The translations under genes and the position numbers were made by a program. DNA of 64,000 nucleotides from Candidatus Poribacteria bacterium. GTDB lineage: Bacteria > Poribacteria > WGA-4E > WGA-3G. Position 1 is the first letter of the stretch, and every line of letters begins with the position of its first letter. Shown here piece by piece: positions 29,681-39,679 of this stretch. The stretch is from positions 544,001 through 608,000 of the forward strand of contig OZ251518.1 in the NCBI GenBank assembly GCA_965242965.1. The letters are read 5' to 3'. Under the pieces are notes generated by a model that made no database searches, was not told the origin of the DNA, and was given only the letters and a program-made list of their open reading frames with translations.

Positions 29681-30469
29681 TTATGTGTCGGCAGATAGCC
29701 TCAACACTGAGCGAATTGCATCGCGGACTTCTTCACAACTGCGCGTCGCGTGTTCAACATCTGCCTCTGTCGCAAAATACGCCGGGTACCGGCCATCCAC
29801 GGCGTATTTTCCAAATGCCTCAAAATCGCGTTGCCCCCTGCGCCATTCAGGGTGCGCTGGCACTATCAGCGTCAGGAGTTGGTTCAAGTCATGCGTTCTT
29901 GGTGCGCGGATGTTTGCTTCCTGCAACCATGCCTTGAGATATTTTTCGATGCACTGCTGCGCGTGGAAACAGGTAATATCAAGAAAACCGGGTGTGGACA
30001 AATGTTGCAGATGCAACTTAACCGAGGCATAATCTCCCTCAGCCTTATGCACCAATTCCAGTGTCAACGGGTTCATGGAGCCATTTTCTTCCCATACCGG
30101 TACTAAGGCTTCTGCTGTAAGGCGCAGCTGGGCTTCGTGTGGCGGCAATGCCCCTTGCGTTTCATAAAGCACGTCGCCTTTCTCAAGCGCATCGCGCAGG
30201 AACCAGTCGTTATGCGAAACGCGATATACCAGTTCCGCCGCAGACTGGACGTGCAAATCCAGTTGAAACCGTTCAGGAATGCGTCTTTTTATTTCCAACC
30301 CCTGCTGCCACGCCCCTGATTGCAGCATCGCCATGACGACGAGGATATCGACATCGGAGTCTTCTGTCGGTGTGCCATAGGCATAAGAACCGAAGAGTAT
30401 GACTTGTAGTGGTGCGAATTCTCGGACGATGTCATTACAGGTGGCTTGAATCTGTTGTGTGGAAATCAT
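29681..30469 (-). CDS. Fused nucleotidyltransferase (MNT)-HEPN protein, copy 1
   Basis: LFGSYAYG..DSDVD followed in frame by KAEGDY..CFHAQQCIEKYLKA..THDL..RYP. Confidence 0.88.
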   Translation of the reverse strand: MISTQQIQATCNDIVREFAPLQVILFGSYAYGTPTEDSDVDILVVMAMLQSGAWQQGLEIKRRIPERFQLDLHVQSAAELVYRVSHNDWFLRDALEKGDVLYETQGALPPHEAQLRLTAEALVPVWEENGSMNPLTLELVHKAEGDYASVKLHLQHLSTPGFLDITCFHAQQCIEKYLKAWLQEANIRAPRTHDLNQLLTLIVPAHPEWRRGQRDFEAFGKYAVDGRYPAYFATEADVEHATRSCEEVRDAIRSVLRLSADT

Positions 30470-30540
30470 GGTTACATGCCTCCTTGGAAATAAAGTATAG
30501 CATGGAAACGGCATTGCTGTCAACGCAGAAACGCGAAAAT

Positions 30541-31317
30541 CTATTCTATAGAGATGCCTAACGCGGCGCGGACTTCGGCGCGAACCTCATTGCAAATGCG
30601 TACTGCCTGCGCCACATCTTCCTCGGTTGCAGCACCGGAATACCGCCCATTCACGGCGTATGTGTCAAAAGGCGCGAATGGGATGTGCCACTTACGCCAT
30701 TCAGGGTGCGCTGGGACTATCAGCGTCAGGAGTTGGTTCAAGTCGTGCGTTCTCGGTGGGCGGATGTTTGCTTCCTGCAGCCATGCTTTGAGATATTTTT
30801 CAATGCACTGCTGCGCGTGGAAACAGATAATATCCGGAATAGTTCGGGTGCCTATCTGCGGGAGCATTGATTGCACCGTAATGTAATCTCCTTCAGCCTT
30901 TTCCACCAATTCCATCGTCAATGGATTCATGGAACCGTCCTCCCATACTGGCACTAACGCTTTTTCGGCAAGGTGCAGCGTGCCGTTATTCGGCGGTGCG
31001 TCTTGTATTTCGTAAAGCACGTCGCCTTTCTCAAGCGCATCGCGCAGAAACCAGTCATTATGCGAAACGCGATAGGCGATTTCTTGGGGAGACCGGACGT
31101 GCAAATCCAACCGAAACCGCGTGGGAATGCGTCTTTTCATTTCCAGCTCTTGTCGCCGTGTCTCCGATTGCAGCGTCGCCATGACGACGAGTAGATCGAC
31201 ATCGGAGTCTTCTGTCGGTGTGCCGTATGCGTAAGAACCGAAGAGGATGACTCGCAGAGGTGCGAATTCTCGAACGATGTCATCACAAGTGGCTTGAATT
31301 TGTTGTGTGGAAATCAT
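30541..31317 (-). CDS. Fused nucleotidyltransferase (MNT)-HEPN protein, copy 2
   Basis: Same motifs; tandem paralog with its own TTGACA-18-TATACT promoter and AAGGAGG RBS. Confidence 0.88.
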   Translation of the reverse strand: MISTQQIQATCDDIVREFAPLRVILFGSYAYGTPTEDSDVDLLVVMATLQSETRRQELEMKRRIPTRFRLDLHVRSPQEIAYRVSHNDWFLRDALEKGDVLYEIQDAPPNNGTLHLAEKALVPVWEDGSMNPLTMELVEKAEGDYITVQSMLPQIGTRTIPDIICFHAQQCIEKYLKAWLQEANIRPPRTHDLNQLLTLIVPAHPEWRKWHIPFAPFDTYAVNGRYSGAATEEDVAQAVRICNEVRAEVRAALGISIE

Positions 31318-31453
31318 GGTGACGTGCCTCCTTGCAGATAAAGTATAACACGGAAACAGCGCGGCTGTCAACGCGGGAATGCAATCCTTGCAAACCAAGT
31401 CGAAATGTGGTAAACTGCCATTTAATCATTATATCACATGCAGGAGAATTTTT

Positions 31454-32089
31454 GTGACTAATTTGTTACTTCAATCCGGTGAGAAGGTGCTTTTCATCGG
31501 GGACAGCATTACGGATTGCGGACGGCGAGATGCCCACGCGCCTCTCGGGCACGGCTACGTCCGCAAGATAACGGAACTCATCACGGCGAAATACCCCGAA
31601 CGCGACATCGCTTATGTCAACAAGGGGATTGGTGGGGATATCGTTGAAGGGTTGGAAAAGCGTTGGGATACGGATGTTATCGCCGAGGCACCGGCATGGC
31701 TTTCGGTGAAAATCGGGATTAACAACGCCAGTCGCCAGCACGCGGAAGGCGTTGCAACCGAAGATTATCTGCCTCATTGGGAGGCGTGCTATCGGCGTAT
31801 CCTGCAGCGTGTTCGCGACGAACTGCAGGCGCAACTCTTTCTGTTTGAGATTTTCTATATCGCGGAAGACGTTGATGTGCCGCGTCCGTTAGCTGTTGAT
31901 GCCTATAACGCTAGCATCCATCGGCTCGCTGCGGAATTTGACGCGCGGCTTATCCAGACGAGTGTTGCTTTTAAGCAGGCAGTCGCCGCTCGCCCCGGGG
32001 CACTGTGGACAACGCAAGACGGCGTTCACCCGAACGCGGAGGGACATACGTTGATGGCGTTGGAATTTTTGAAATTGGCGGGGTGGTAA
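31454..32089 (+). CDS. SGNH/GDSL hydrolase
   Basis: GDSITD, NKGIGG, IGIN, DGVHPN; GTG start after AGGAG. Confidence 0.9.
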   Translation: MTNLLLQSGEKVLFIGDSITDCGRRDAHAPLGHGYVRKITELITAKYPERDIAYVNKGIGGDIVEGLEKRWDTDVIAEAPAWLSVKIGINNASRQHAEGVATEDYLPHWEACYRRILQRVRDELQAQLFLFEIFYIAEDVDVPRPLAVDAYNASIHRLAAEFDARLIQTSVAFKQAVAARPGALWTTQDGVHPNAEGHTLMALEFLKLAGW

Positions 32090-32090
32090 G

Positions 32091-32585
32091 TTAATCCGTT
32101 TCCAACTGTTTCCGCACCTGTGCCTCGCTAGCCGCCCAGACGCGGTGTCCGAGCACCACGAGTTGCGGCGCGAAGCGAGAGTTCTCGATTTCCGTTTTAA
32201 ACGTATCGCCGCCGTGCATTTTGAGGAGGATGAGCGCGAACGCAATCAAGACAACGCTTGAAGCGATGCCGAAGCCGATGCCCAACACGCGATTTAACCA
32301 CCCTAAAACGCCTTCTTCAAAGATGCGACGGAGACGTTCAAAGAGGAAATCCACGAGAATGGCGGTGACGATAACCAGAGTGACAATGCTCACCCATTTC
32401 GCCACGTCAGGATTTTCGATGAATCGTTGGAGATAAGGGGACAGTTTGGGCCAAAAGTAACTGGCTGTCCAGAACCCCGCGCCTAGCGAGAAAATCCCCC
32501 AGACGCTGCGGGTGAAACCAGCGCGGTAGCAACTGAACCCCGCTAAGCCGACAAGGATGAGGATGGCGATATCCAGTTTATTCAT
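32091..32585 (-). CDS. CvpA family membrane protein
   Basis: MNKLDIAIL..GF.R, LNRVLGIGFG; about four TM segments. Confidence 0.85.
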   Translation of the reverse strand: MNKLDIAILILVGLAGFSCYRAGFTRSVWGIFSLGAGFWTASYFWPKLSPYLQRFIENPDVAKWVSIVTLVIVTAILVDFLFERLRRIFEEGVLGWLNRVLGIGFGIASSVVLIAFALILLKMHGGDTFKTEIENSRFAPQLVVLGHRVWAASEAQVRKQLETD

Positions 32586-32619
32586 AACGGTTTGGAAGGA
32601 AAAATATCCGTGCAACTAA

Positions 32620-33756
32620 TTATCGCGACAACGAACCTGCTAACGGAATCTCTGCCAACTTTTTGCGAAATGTTTGCGTGAGTGCCGTTTCAATTGGAAC
32701 GCTTTCGTTGAGACGTTGCAGGAGTTGACGAATCCCCGCAAAACCGAATTGCTGAACGAAATATGCCACAATCGCCTCGGATTGGAGATACGCCAGTTTC
32801 CGTTGCTTGGCAGGTAGATGGCTGAACGGCTGGTTCAATGCCGCGAAGGAATGCAGATAGCCGTTGGCAAAGGCTTGTTGCAAATAGTGCCGTTCATAAG
32901 GGAACATCGGACGGGCAATGTGTTGCGCGAGGCCTTCATCAAGCCAGCGCGGACAGGGATGCTGCATCTGCCGGTGAATGAGGAGATGCACCCACTCGTG
33001 CCGAAGCAGCGCGTAGAGAATGCTGAGCACGGGTTCACCTGCCTCCGCGCAATATGTCAATTGAATCTGTCCATCGTAACACCCACTCGCCCAACGGGGC
33101 AGCGGACTTTGCGGTGCTGTGGAAATCCCGCCGGTATTGGTAATTGTGATGGAAATCGGGTTGGTAGGATAAAACCTTAACAGTTTACCAACTTCGGTGG
33201 AGGTTCGCCGCACGAGTTGCGATATATACCACACCGTTTGCGCGCTCATCGCGGCATCACAGACAAGCGTAAAGCGTCCTAAGTCAGCACGCCAATAGGT
33301 GGTGTGGCGATGGGGCGCGCTACGTCCATATTCGCTGCTCGCTTCTTGCAAAACGGGACAAGGATTTCGGGATTCGTTCTCGTCTTTCTCCAAGCAGTTC
33401 AGAAATTCGCGACTCGGCAGTTCCGGACGGTGCAAGATACCGCTCTCGCCGATGAGTGCCTGGAAGCCGTGTTTTTCTTGTAGGAGGCGTTCCTTGCGCC
33501 GGCGCGCCGTGGGCGAATCCGGACACAATTGGAGTGCGATGTCTAAATAGGTTAATGCCCTATCCCATTCCCCCACCATCTCGTATGCCTTGGCAAGATC
33601 GGCGTAGATATGATGCCGCGTCATGTCAAATTTTAAGCCGGCGAGGTAGTGGCGTATTGCTTCAACGTAGCGCGCCTGCTGGTAGCACAGCGCGGCGCGT
33701 TGGAAATGAGAGAGCGCAGGTGATGCGGTGTATCGCATATCTTCATTCGGCGGCAT
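32620..33756 (-). CDS. TPR plus peptidase MA-like zinc-metalloprotease domain protein
   Basis: N-terminal TPRs; HEWVH ... PRWLDEGLA ... LAY.QS. Confidence 0.8.
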   Translation of the reverse strand: MPPNEDMRYTASPALSHFQRAALCYQQARYVEAIRHYLAGLKFDMTRHHIYADLAKAYEMVGEWDRALTYLDIALQLCPDSPTARRRKERLLQEKHGFQALIGESGILHRPELPSREFLNCLEKDENESRNPCPVLQEASSEYGRSAPHRHTTYWRADLGRFTLVCDAAMSAQTVWYISQLVRRTSTEVGKLLRFYPTNPISITITNTGGISTAPQSPLPRWASGCYDGQIQLTYCAEAGEPVLSILYALLRHEWVHLLIHRQMQHPCPRWLDEGLAQHIARPMFPYERHYLQQAFANGYLHSFAALNQPFSHLPAKQRKLAYLQSEAIVAYFVQQFGFAGIRQLLQRLNESVPIETALTQTFRKKLAEIPLAGSLSR

Positions 33757-33843
33757 CTAGGAATGACGCAAATCCATCGCGGGCATTTGCGTCACTCCTG
33801 ACGCTGTTTTGGGTGCATGCCGTGCACCCAATCGTTCGGCAAT

Positions 33844-34527
33844 TTACGAACGCTTGATGTTAACTACCTTCAAGGTAACTTTCCCGCACGCCACCGTAGC
33901 ATCGTCGTGGATGGCCGCGGTCTTTTCAACGCGTTCGCCTTCAACGTAAGTCGCACCCGAGCCACCCAGGTCGGTGACGTAAACGTCGTCGTCCTTCTGC
34001 TCAAACCGCAGATGCATGCGGGAGAGCGTGCGAATGGTGTCGAAAGGCTTAGCGGCTCTTTCGGCGGCGGCTGCCGGCGGTTCAACGTTCCACCGGTTCA
34101 GTTCGTCTTCTGTCGGCACCGCTGTTATCGGTGGCAGCACGTCGGTGTATTCGCTGCCTGTCTGCTGCGGGCTGTAACCGGGTGCCTCCATGCCTACCGG
34201 TGCGTATGCCGGTTCCGTGGCTTCGCCTCGGATTTCCGCCAAGATTCTTGCGCGGGCACTTTCCTGTGCGCCGGGCCGCGGGGTAACGGTAGCCCGTTCT
34301 TCAAACTGATAGTGCACGGAGTCAACTATCTGCTTTAGCCCGGGAAAACCGACGGCACTCGGCAATTCCTTCATGAGACGTTTTTGCTTGCGTGTCAGCT
34401 TTTCGTTTTTCAGCCAGCGCGTATACGCCTCTAACATTTCTGCCATTCTCATCTCGTCGGCCGTGGGCTTCACTTGATGAGAGTCTGCGAATCGCTTCCA
34501 AAAAAAGCGCATGAGTTCTTCCTCCAA
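33844..34527 (-). CDS. FHA-domain protein, possible anti-sigma partner
   Basis: C-terminal LSRMH..VTDLGGSGATYVEG; directly downstream of the ECF sigma gene; start uncertain. Confidence 0.65.
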   Translation of the reverse strand: MEEELMRFFWKRFADSHQVKPTADEMRMAEMLEAYTRWLKNEKLTRKQKRLMKELPSAVGFPGLKQIVDSVHYQFEERATVTPRPGAQESARARILAEIRGEATEPAYAPVGMEAPGYSPQQTGSEYTDVLPPITAVPTEDELNRWNVEPPAAAAERAAKPFDTIRTLSRMHLRFEQKDDDVYVTDLGGSGATYVEGERVEKTAAIHDDATVACGKVTLKVVNIKRS

Positions 34528-34588
34528 TTGGGCTCGCCGGACCTGGGACTGCGCGGGTTCGTAGCGCGCCTAGACGCTAACCCGAGTC

Positions 34589-35203
34589 TTAATAGATCCA
34601 TTGAATTCCCTTGTTAATGAGAATTTGCCGCAATTCCTGCGTGCACCGGAAGATCCAGATTTTAACGGTTCCGTCCTTCCGGTCCAGAATGCGGGCGATT
34701 TCGGCGATACTGTAGCCTTCCAGGTGGCGCAGCATCCATGCAATGCGATGGTTCGGCTTCGTCACCACTGCGAGCGCGCTCTCCAAGATCTCCTGAGCTT
34801 CGCGTGCCTCAAGTTGCCGGTCTGGTCCCGGGCGCGGGTCCTCGTATTGGCTCAGCGGTACCTCGTCATCATCAGGTTGTCCACTGAGAGGTGCCTCCCG
34901 GATCCGGTCGCGCTTGCGTATCGCGTCAATAATCGTATTTCGCGCTACCGTATTGAGCCAGGCTTGGAAACTCCCCTGGGCTGTGTCCCATTTTTTCAGC
35001 TTCTGCCAAACTTTGATGAACACATCCTGGGTGACCTCTTCGGTGTCTTGATAGTTACCCAACATACGGTAGGCTTTGCTGTAAACCCAACTATAGTGCT
35101 TATCGAAGAGTTGGCTGAACGCGATTTCATCGCCTTCTTTGGCGAGTGTCGCGAGTTCCATGTCTTCATAAGCTGATGACTCGTCAGGTGTTTGGCGCGC
35201 CAT
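34589..35203 (-). CDS. ECF-type RNA polymerase sigma factor
   Basis: EEVTQDVFIKVW..F.AWL..ARN..ID (region 2); EGYSIAEIA..GTVK (region 4). Confidence 0.93.
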   Translation of the reverse strand: MARQTPDESSAYEDMELATLAKEGDEIAFSQLFDKHYSWVYSKAYRMLGNYQDTEEVTQDVFIKVWQKLKKWDTAQGSFQAWLNTVARNTIIDAIRKRDRIREAPLSGQPDDDEVPLSQYEDPRPGPDRQLEAREAQEILESALAVVTKPNHRIAWMLRHLEGYSIAEIARILDRKDGTVKIWIFRCTQELRQILINKGIQWIY

Positions 35204-35256
35204 AACAATCTGCTCCTTTAGTTCATAAGGATTCTTTCAAGTCGACTAATTCTAAT

Positions 35257-35283
35257 AACGCAGTATCCGCAAATCGCGTTACA
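35257..35283 (-). promoter_or_regulatory. Putative ECF autoregulatory promoter
   Basis: Minus strand TGTAAC-17 bp-CGTT, about 55 bp upstream of the sigma start. Confidence 0.6.
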
Positions 35284-35347
35284 AAAAAATGAAAAAAATT
35301 GTTCCTGCACGCCAAGAAAAACTCATGCGTTAATGTGAATGTCCTTA

Positions 35348-35438
35348 ACTCTAACTTTTTGCGCAGAAATTGTCAAGAAAAATAACAATTCTGCTCAAAA
35401 ATATGCTTTATTCTAACGATTCTTGCAAAAATTGTCAA
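35348..35438 (-). promoter_or_regulatory. Two tandem sigma70 promoters (62-bp period)
   Basis: TTGACA-17-TAGAAT (35438-35410) and TTGACA-17-TAGAGT (35376-35348), sharing the flank TTATTTTTCTTGACAATTT. Confidence 0.65.
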
Positions 35439-35582
35439 GAAAAATAATTTTTTCGGAAGTTTCGGTTATCCTGCAAATTCGCGATTCAGAACAAACAGAA
35501 GAACTCATGAAAAAATAAACGTGACTTCTATGCTAAAATATGGTATCATCCCCCTAAACACAATTTTTCAACCGGAGACATA

Positions 35583-36476
35583 ATGAAAATCGTTGAATAT
35601 ACCCCTGAATTGCTGAAGCCGATAACTGCCTGCTACAACCGCCTCACCGCGAATGTACCGCACTGCTATCCCGTAACCGAAACGGAATTTGGTGAAGAGT
35701 TGGCGAGCACCCCATCAGAGGAGCACCCTGACATCGTTTTGATTTCGCAGGATACCTTTGTTGCGACATCGGACGACATTGTGCTTGGATTTGTCCAAGC
35801 GCGCGTTGACGAATTGAGGCAACATGCGTGCAACCTCGGCATTATCAGGTTTCTCGGCTACCTCCCCGGCGAACGCCGCGTAGGACAAGCACTGCTTGAA
35901 AAAGCGGAGGCACACTTAAAAACGCAAGATTCAACACGCATCGTCGCCGTTCCGCAAAAATACCGCTACCGCTTCTATCATTTCGGACACGCCTATCTCT
36001 CCAATGGACTCGCACCGGTGCAGGCACTCCTCGCCTTCAACGGCTATGAACGTACCGCTGGCGAGGTGTTTTTGGCGTGGGAGAACTACGATGTCGTGCC
36101 AACGCCGCCCGCGCAACCCGTGGAGATTACTGTCGAATGGACAGAAGGTAGAGGCAAACACCCAAACTGCACCGTGCGCGGTGTCCGCGATGGAGAACAG
36201 GTAGGCGTTTGCGAATCGCTCTGTGGCGGCGAATTCTCCAGCCATCCCGACGCGCAAGACTGGCTGCACACCATGTGGCTCGGTATTGAGGAGGAATTCC
36301 AAGGACAAGGAATCGGCCGCTATCTACTCCAATGCGCGCTCCACGAAATGCGCAAGGTAGGATACCGCCACGCGCTCATTAGCACGGCATGGGATAATCA
36401 CCGCGCCTTCCTCTTTTACAGCAACTTCGGCTACCGCGTCACGGATTGGACGTATGAATTTTCAAAACGTTTGTGA
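35583..36476 (+). CDS. GNAT family N-acetyltransferase (tandem domains)
   Basis: FQGQGIGRYLL..N.RA..FY..FGY. Confidence 0.85.
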   Translation: MKIVEYTPELLKPITACYNRLTANVPHCYPVTETEFGEELASTPSEEHPDIVLISQDTFVATSDDIVLGFVQARVDELRQHACNLGIIRFLGYLPGERRVGQALLEKAEAHLKTQDSTRIVAVPQKYRYRFYHFGHAYLSNGLAPVQALLAFNGYERTAGEVFLAWENYDVVPTPPAQPVEITVEWTEGRGKHPNCTVRGVRDGEQVGVCESLCGGEFSSHPDAQDWLHTMWLGIEEEFQGQGIGRYLLQCALHEMRKVGYRHALISTAWDNHRAFLFYSNFGYRVTDWTYEFSKRL

Positions 36477-39400
36477 TACCTATTTGCGAGACATCCGCCG
36501 CACGCATGAGAACCCGCTCGCAACCGGGGAGCTCTCCCTACATCGGCATTTAACGACGTTCTTGGAGCAAGCCGCTGTCTGCCTCGGCCATAATATCACG
36601 ATAACGCATGAACCGCGGTTGCTTGACATCGGCAGACCGGATTTCATCGCCACGGATACGAGCCAAAACGCAGTGGGCTCCATTGAGGCGGAGACGTTTG
36701 GCACCGATTTAGACGCGCTCACCGGCCATGCGAAAACGCAGAACGCGCGGTTCATTGAAAATGTGGATAATTTTATCCTTACCAATTTCGTTGAATTTCG
36801 TCTGTATAGTGGGGGTGCATTGCGTGCAACGTCACAGGTTATCCCGGGGGCGTTGACGAAAGACGAAACACGAACCCTCTTGTCGCGGTTTTTTGGTGCG
36901 GAGACAGTGCCGCTTGCAACACCGGAGGCACTCGCCAAGCACCTCGCACGGCGCACGCGCGAATTACACACGCAAATCGCAACGACATTAACCAACGAAA
37001 ACAGCAACATATACGGCATGTTCTCGGCGTTCAAAGAGATGCTGCTCGTCACTTTAACACCGACAGATTTCGCCGATATGTATGCACAGACATTGACGTA
37101 TGGCCTCTTCGCGGCGCGTTGCACGCTCCCGCATGCAACGCAGTTTTCGCGGTTGACAGCTGCGGCCGCGGTGCCGCGTTCAAACCCGTTTCTGCGGCAA
37201 CTTTTCCACCACATCGCCTCGCCAAATTTGGAGAGCAACATCACGTGGATTTTAGACGAGATTGTGCAGCTTTTGCGGAACGTCTCTGCCGAGATGCTTA
37301 GCACGGCGTTTGACGCGCGCACGCATGCCGCAGATCCGGTTATTCATTTCTACGAGACGTTCCTCGCTGAGTATGACCCGGGGCGGCGCGTGGAGAGAGG
37401 TGTCTACTACACGCCGCAACCCGTGATTTCTTACATTGTCCGTTCTGTAGACGTGCTGCTCAAAACGAAACTCGGCAAGCCGGATGGGCTCGCTGATAAG
37501 GACGCGCTCATTTTAGACCCGGCTACCGGCACCGGTGGTTTCCTGATGGAAGTGCTGAGTTGCATCCGACGGCACGTCATGACAACCTATGGCAGCGGCA
37601 TTTGGGGGCGTTACGTGAACGAGCACTTAGCGCAGCGGCTCATCGGTTTTGAGGTTCTCGTTGCACCCTATACGATTGCGCACCTGAACCTCTGCATCTT
37701 CCTGCAAGCGCAGGGGTGGAATGAGGATATGAACAACGAGCGTCTTCGCATTTACCTCACGAACACGTTGGAGGCACCGGTGCCGCGTGAGCGATATGCG
37801 TTTGCGCAGTTTATCTCTGATGAGGCGAACGCGGCGGTTTCTGTGAAAAAAGACGCGCCTATCCTCGTCATCGTCGGCAATCCGCCGTATCCAGAAAATT
37901 CGGCGAATCCGAGCCGCGATGGCACTGGTGCACTCACGTTTATCGGGCGGCTTATTGAGGACTATAAGCGTATTGATGGGAAACCACTTGGTGAGAGGGC
38001 TTCAACAGTCCTTCAGGGCGACTATGTCAAGTTTATCCGATGGGCGCAGTGGCGAATTGACAAAACCGGTGAAGGGATTTTCGGTTACATTGTCAACAAC
38101 AGTTTCCTTGACGGCCCGGTTTTTCGTGGCATGCGGCAGAGCTTGATGGACAGTTTCACTGCCATTTACCACCTCAATTTGCATGGAAGTGCCAGAAGAA
38201 CATCTGTTGTTCCAGATGGAGAGCGGGACGAAAACGTGTTTGACATCCAACAAGGCGTATCAATCTTGTTGTGTGTTAAAGCGCGCGATGCTGCTGCGCC
38301 TGCGAGAGTCTATTACGCGGATATGTGGGGTAACCGCGCTGAAAAGTATGGCGCGCTTTTGTCCGCGGATGTTAAAACCACCGAATGGGAGGAGGTGCCG
38401 GCTGTCCCGCCGCTCTACCTCTTCGTGCCACAAAGCACTGAACACAAAGCCGAATATGAGGCCGGATGGAAAGTTTCTGACATTTTTCAGGAACATTCGG
38501 TTGGATTTTTCACGCAACGCGATAAATTGGCTGTCCATCTCTCCGAAGAGGCGGTGCGTCGAACGGTGGCAGATTTTGCTTCACTCTCAGAGGAAGAAGC
38601 GCGGGAAAAATATCAGTTGAAAAAGGATAGCCGCGATTGGCAGGTTCGTCTCGCGCAGGCAGATCTTCGTAAGCATTGTGTCAGGGAAGAAGGACATGGT
38701 GTGGTTCGTTATGCGGCAAAAGACGAATACCTCGCGCAGATGTCCTACCGGCCTTTTGATACCCGTTTCACCTACTACACAGGGCAATCGCGCGGGTTTC
38801 ACAGCACGCCGTGTCGTAAGGTTATGCATCATCTGCGTGCCGGAAAAAACCTAGCACTCTGCACATGTCGTATCGTCACGAACTCGGTTTGGCAACACGC
38901 TTTGGTGACAGACCGGATTACCGAAAAGGGATATATCTCAACGCAAAGAAGTGAGTCTTCTCACGTCTTCCCGCTCTATCTTTATCCGCATACGGAAGAA
39001 CTGGAGTTGTCTACGGAGCGTTCGCTCAATCTATCGCCTGCTTTTCTGAAGGTCCTTTCGGAACAGTTGGACTTGCCGCAAACGGCCGGGTCTGGCCTTC
39101 CCGAGGGCATTTCGCCGGAGGCGATTTTGGGGTATCTCTATGCGATTTTGCATAACCCCACCTATCGCGAACGGTATGCCGAGTTCCTAAAATACGACTT
39201 TCCGCGCATTCCGTTGCCGAGAGATTTGGCGCAGTTCCGCCAATTGTCCGCGTTAGGGGAAGAGTTGATTGACGTGCATCTGTTTCGGAACGTTGCAGTG
39301 CTGCCGCGTCATCGTTTTGAGGGCGAAGGCGATGCCGTTGTCTCGAAGTTGCGTTATGAGGCGGGACATGTCTGGATTAATACGACGCAGCATTTTGCCA

Positions 39401-39582
39401 ATGTGCCGTTGGCAGTGTGGGAGTTTGAGGTAGGTGCATATCCGGTCTGCGAGAAATGGCTGCGTGCGCGGCGGCGACAGCGGTTAACGGCTGTGGAGAT
39501 TGTGCGGTATCAGCAGGTGTTGTCTGCTGTGGGAGAGACGCTTCAGTTGATGGGAGAGATAGCGGCTGTCGGCGGCATTTAG
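36454..39582 (+). CDS. Fused N6-adenine DNA methyltransferase with Type ISP-like C-terminal TRD (no helicase)
   Basis: FADMYAQT, GVYYTP, DPATGTG, GNPPY, ENVFDIQQGV, YRPFD, DFPRIP. Confidence 0.88.
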   Translation: MNFQNVCDTYLRDIRRTHENPLATGELSLHRHLTTFLEQAAVCLGHNITITHEPRLLDIGRPDFIATDTSQNAVGSIEAETFGTDLDALTGHAKTQNARFIENVDNFILTNFVEFRLYSGGALRATSQVIPGALTKDETRTLLSRFFGAETVPLATPEALAKHLARRTRELHTQIATTLTNENSNIYGMFSAFKEMLLVTLTPTDFADMYAQTLTYGLFAARCTLPHATQFSRLTAAAAVPRSNPFLRQLFHHIASPNLESNITWILDEIVQLLRNVSAEMLSTAFDARTHAADPVIHFYETFLAEYDPGRRVERGVYYTPQPVISYIVRSVDVLLKTKLGKPDGLADKDALILDPATGTGGFLMEVLSCIRRHVMTTYGSGIWGRYVNEHLAQRLIGFEVLVAPYTIAHLNLCIFLQAQGWNEDMNNERLRIYLTNTLEAPVPRERYAFAQFISDEANAAVSVKKDAPILVIVGNPPYPENSANPSRDGTGALTFIGRLIEDYKRIDGKPLGERASTVLQGDYVKFIRWAQWRIDKTGEGIFGYIVNNSFLDGPVFRGMRQSLMDSFTAIYHLNLHGSARRTSVVPDGERDENVFDIQQGVSILLCVKARDAAAPARVYYADMWGNRAEKYGALLSADVKTTEWEEVPAVPPLYLFVPQSTEHKAEYEAGWKVSDIFQEHSVGFFTQRDKLAVHLSEEAVRRTVADFASLSEEEAREKYQLKKDSRDWQVRLAQADLRKHCVREEGHGVVRYAAKDEYLAQMSYRPFDTRFTYYTGQSRGFHSTPCRKVMHHLRAGKNLALCTCRIVTNSVWQHALVTDRITEKGYISTQRSESSHVFPLYLYPHTEELELSTERSLNLSPAFLKVLSEQLDLPQTAGSGLPEGISPEAILGYLYAILHNPTYRERYAEFLKYDFPRIPLPRDLAQFRQLSALGEELIDVHLFRNVAVLPRHRFEGEGDAVVSKLRYEAGHVWINTTQHFANVPLAVWEFEVGAYPVCEKWLRARRRQRLTAVEIVRYQQVLSAVGETLQLMGEIAAVGGI

Positions 39583-39679
39583 GTTTCTCAAATCTGTCGT
39601 TTGAGTTCGCCTAATCTCAAATTGGGAATTGATTTTTACAGCGCGATGTGATATAATAATAACTAAGGAGGAAGTATCT

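Noticed and set aside
36480-37322. Long antisense ORFs (280 aa here, 302 aa at 39617-40525)
   Set aside because: They lie opposite well-supported genes and have no recognisable motifs.
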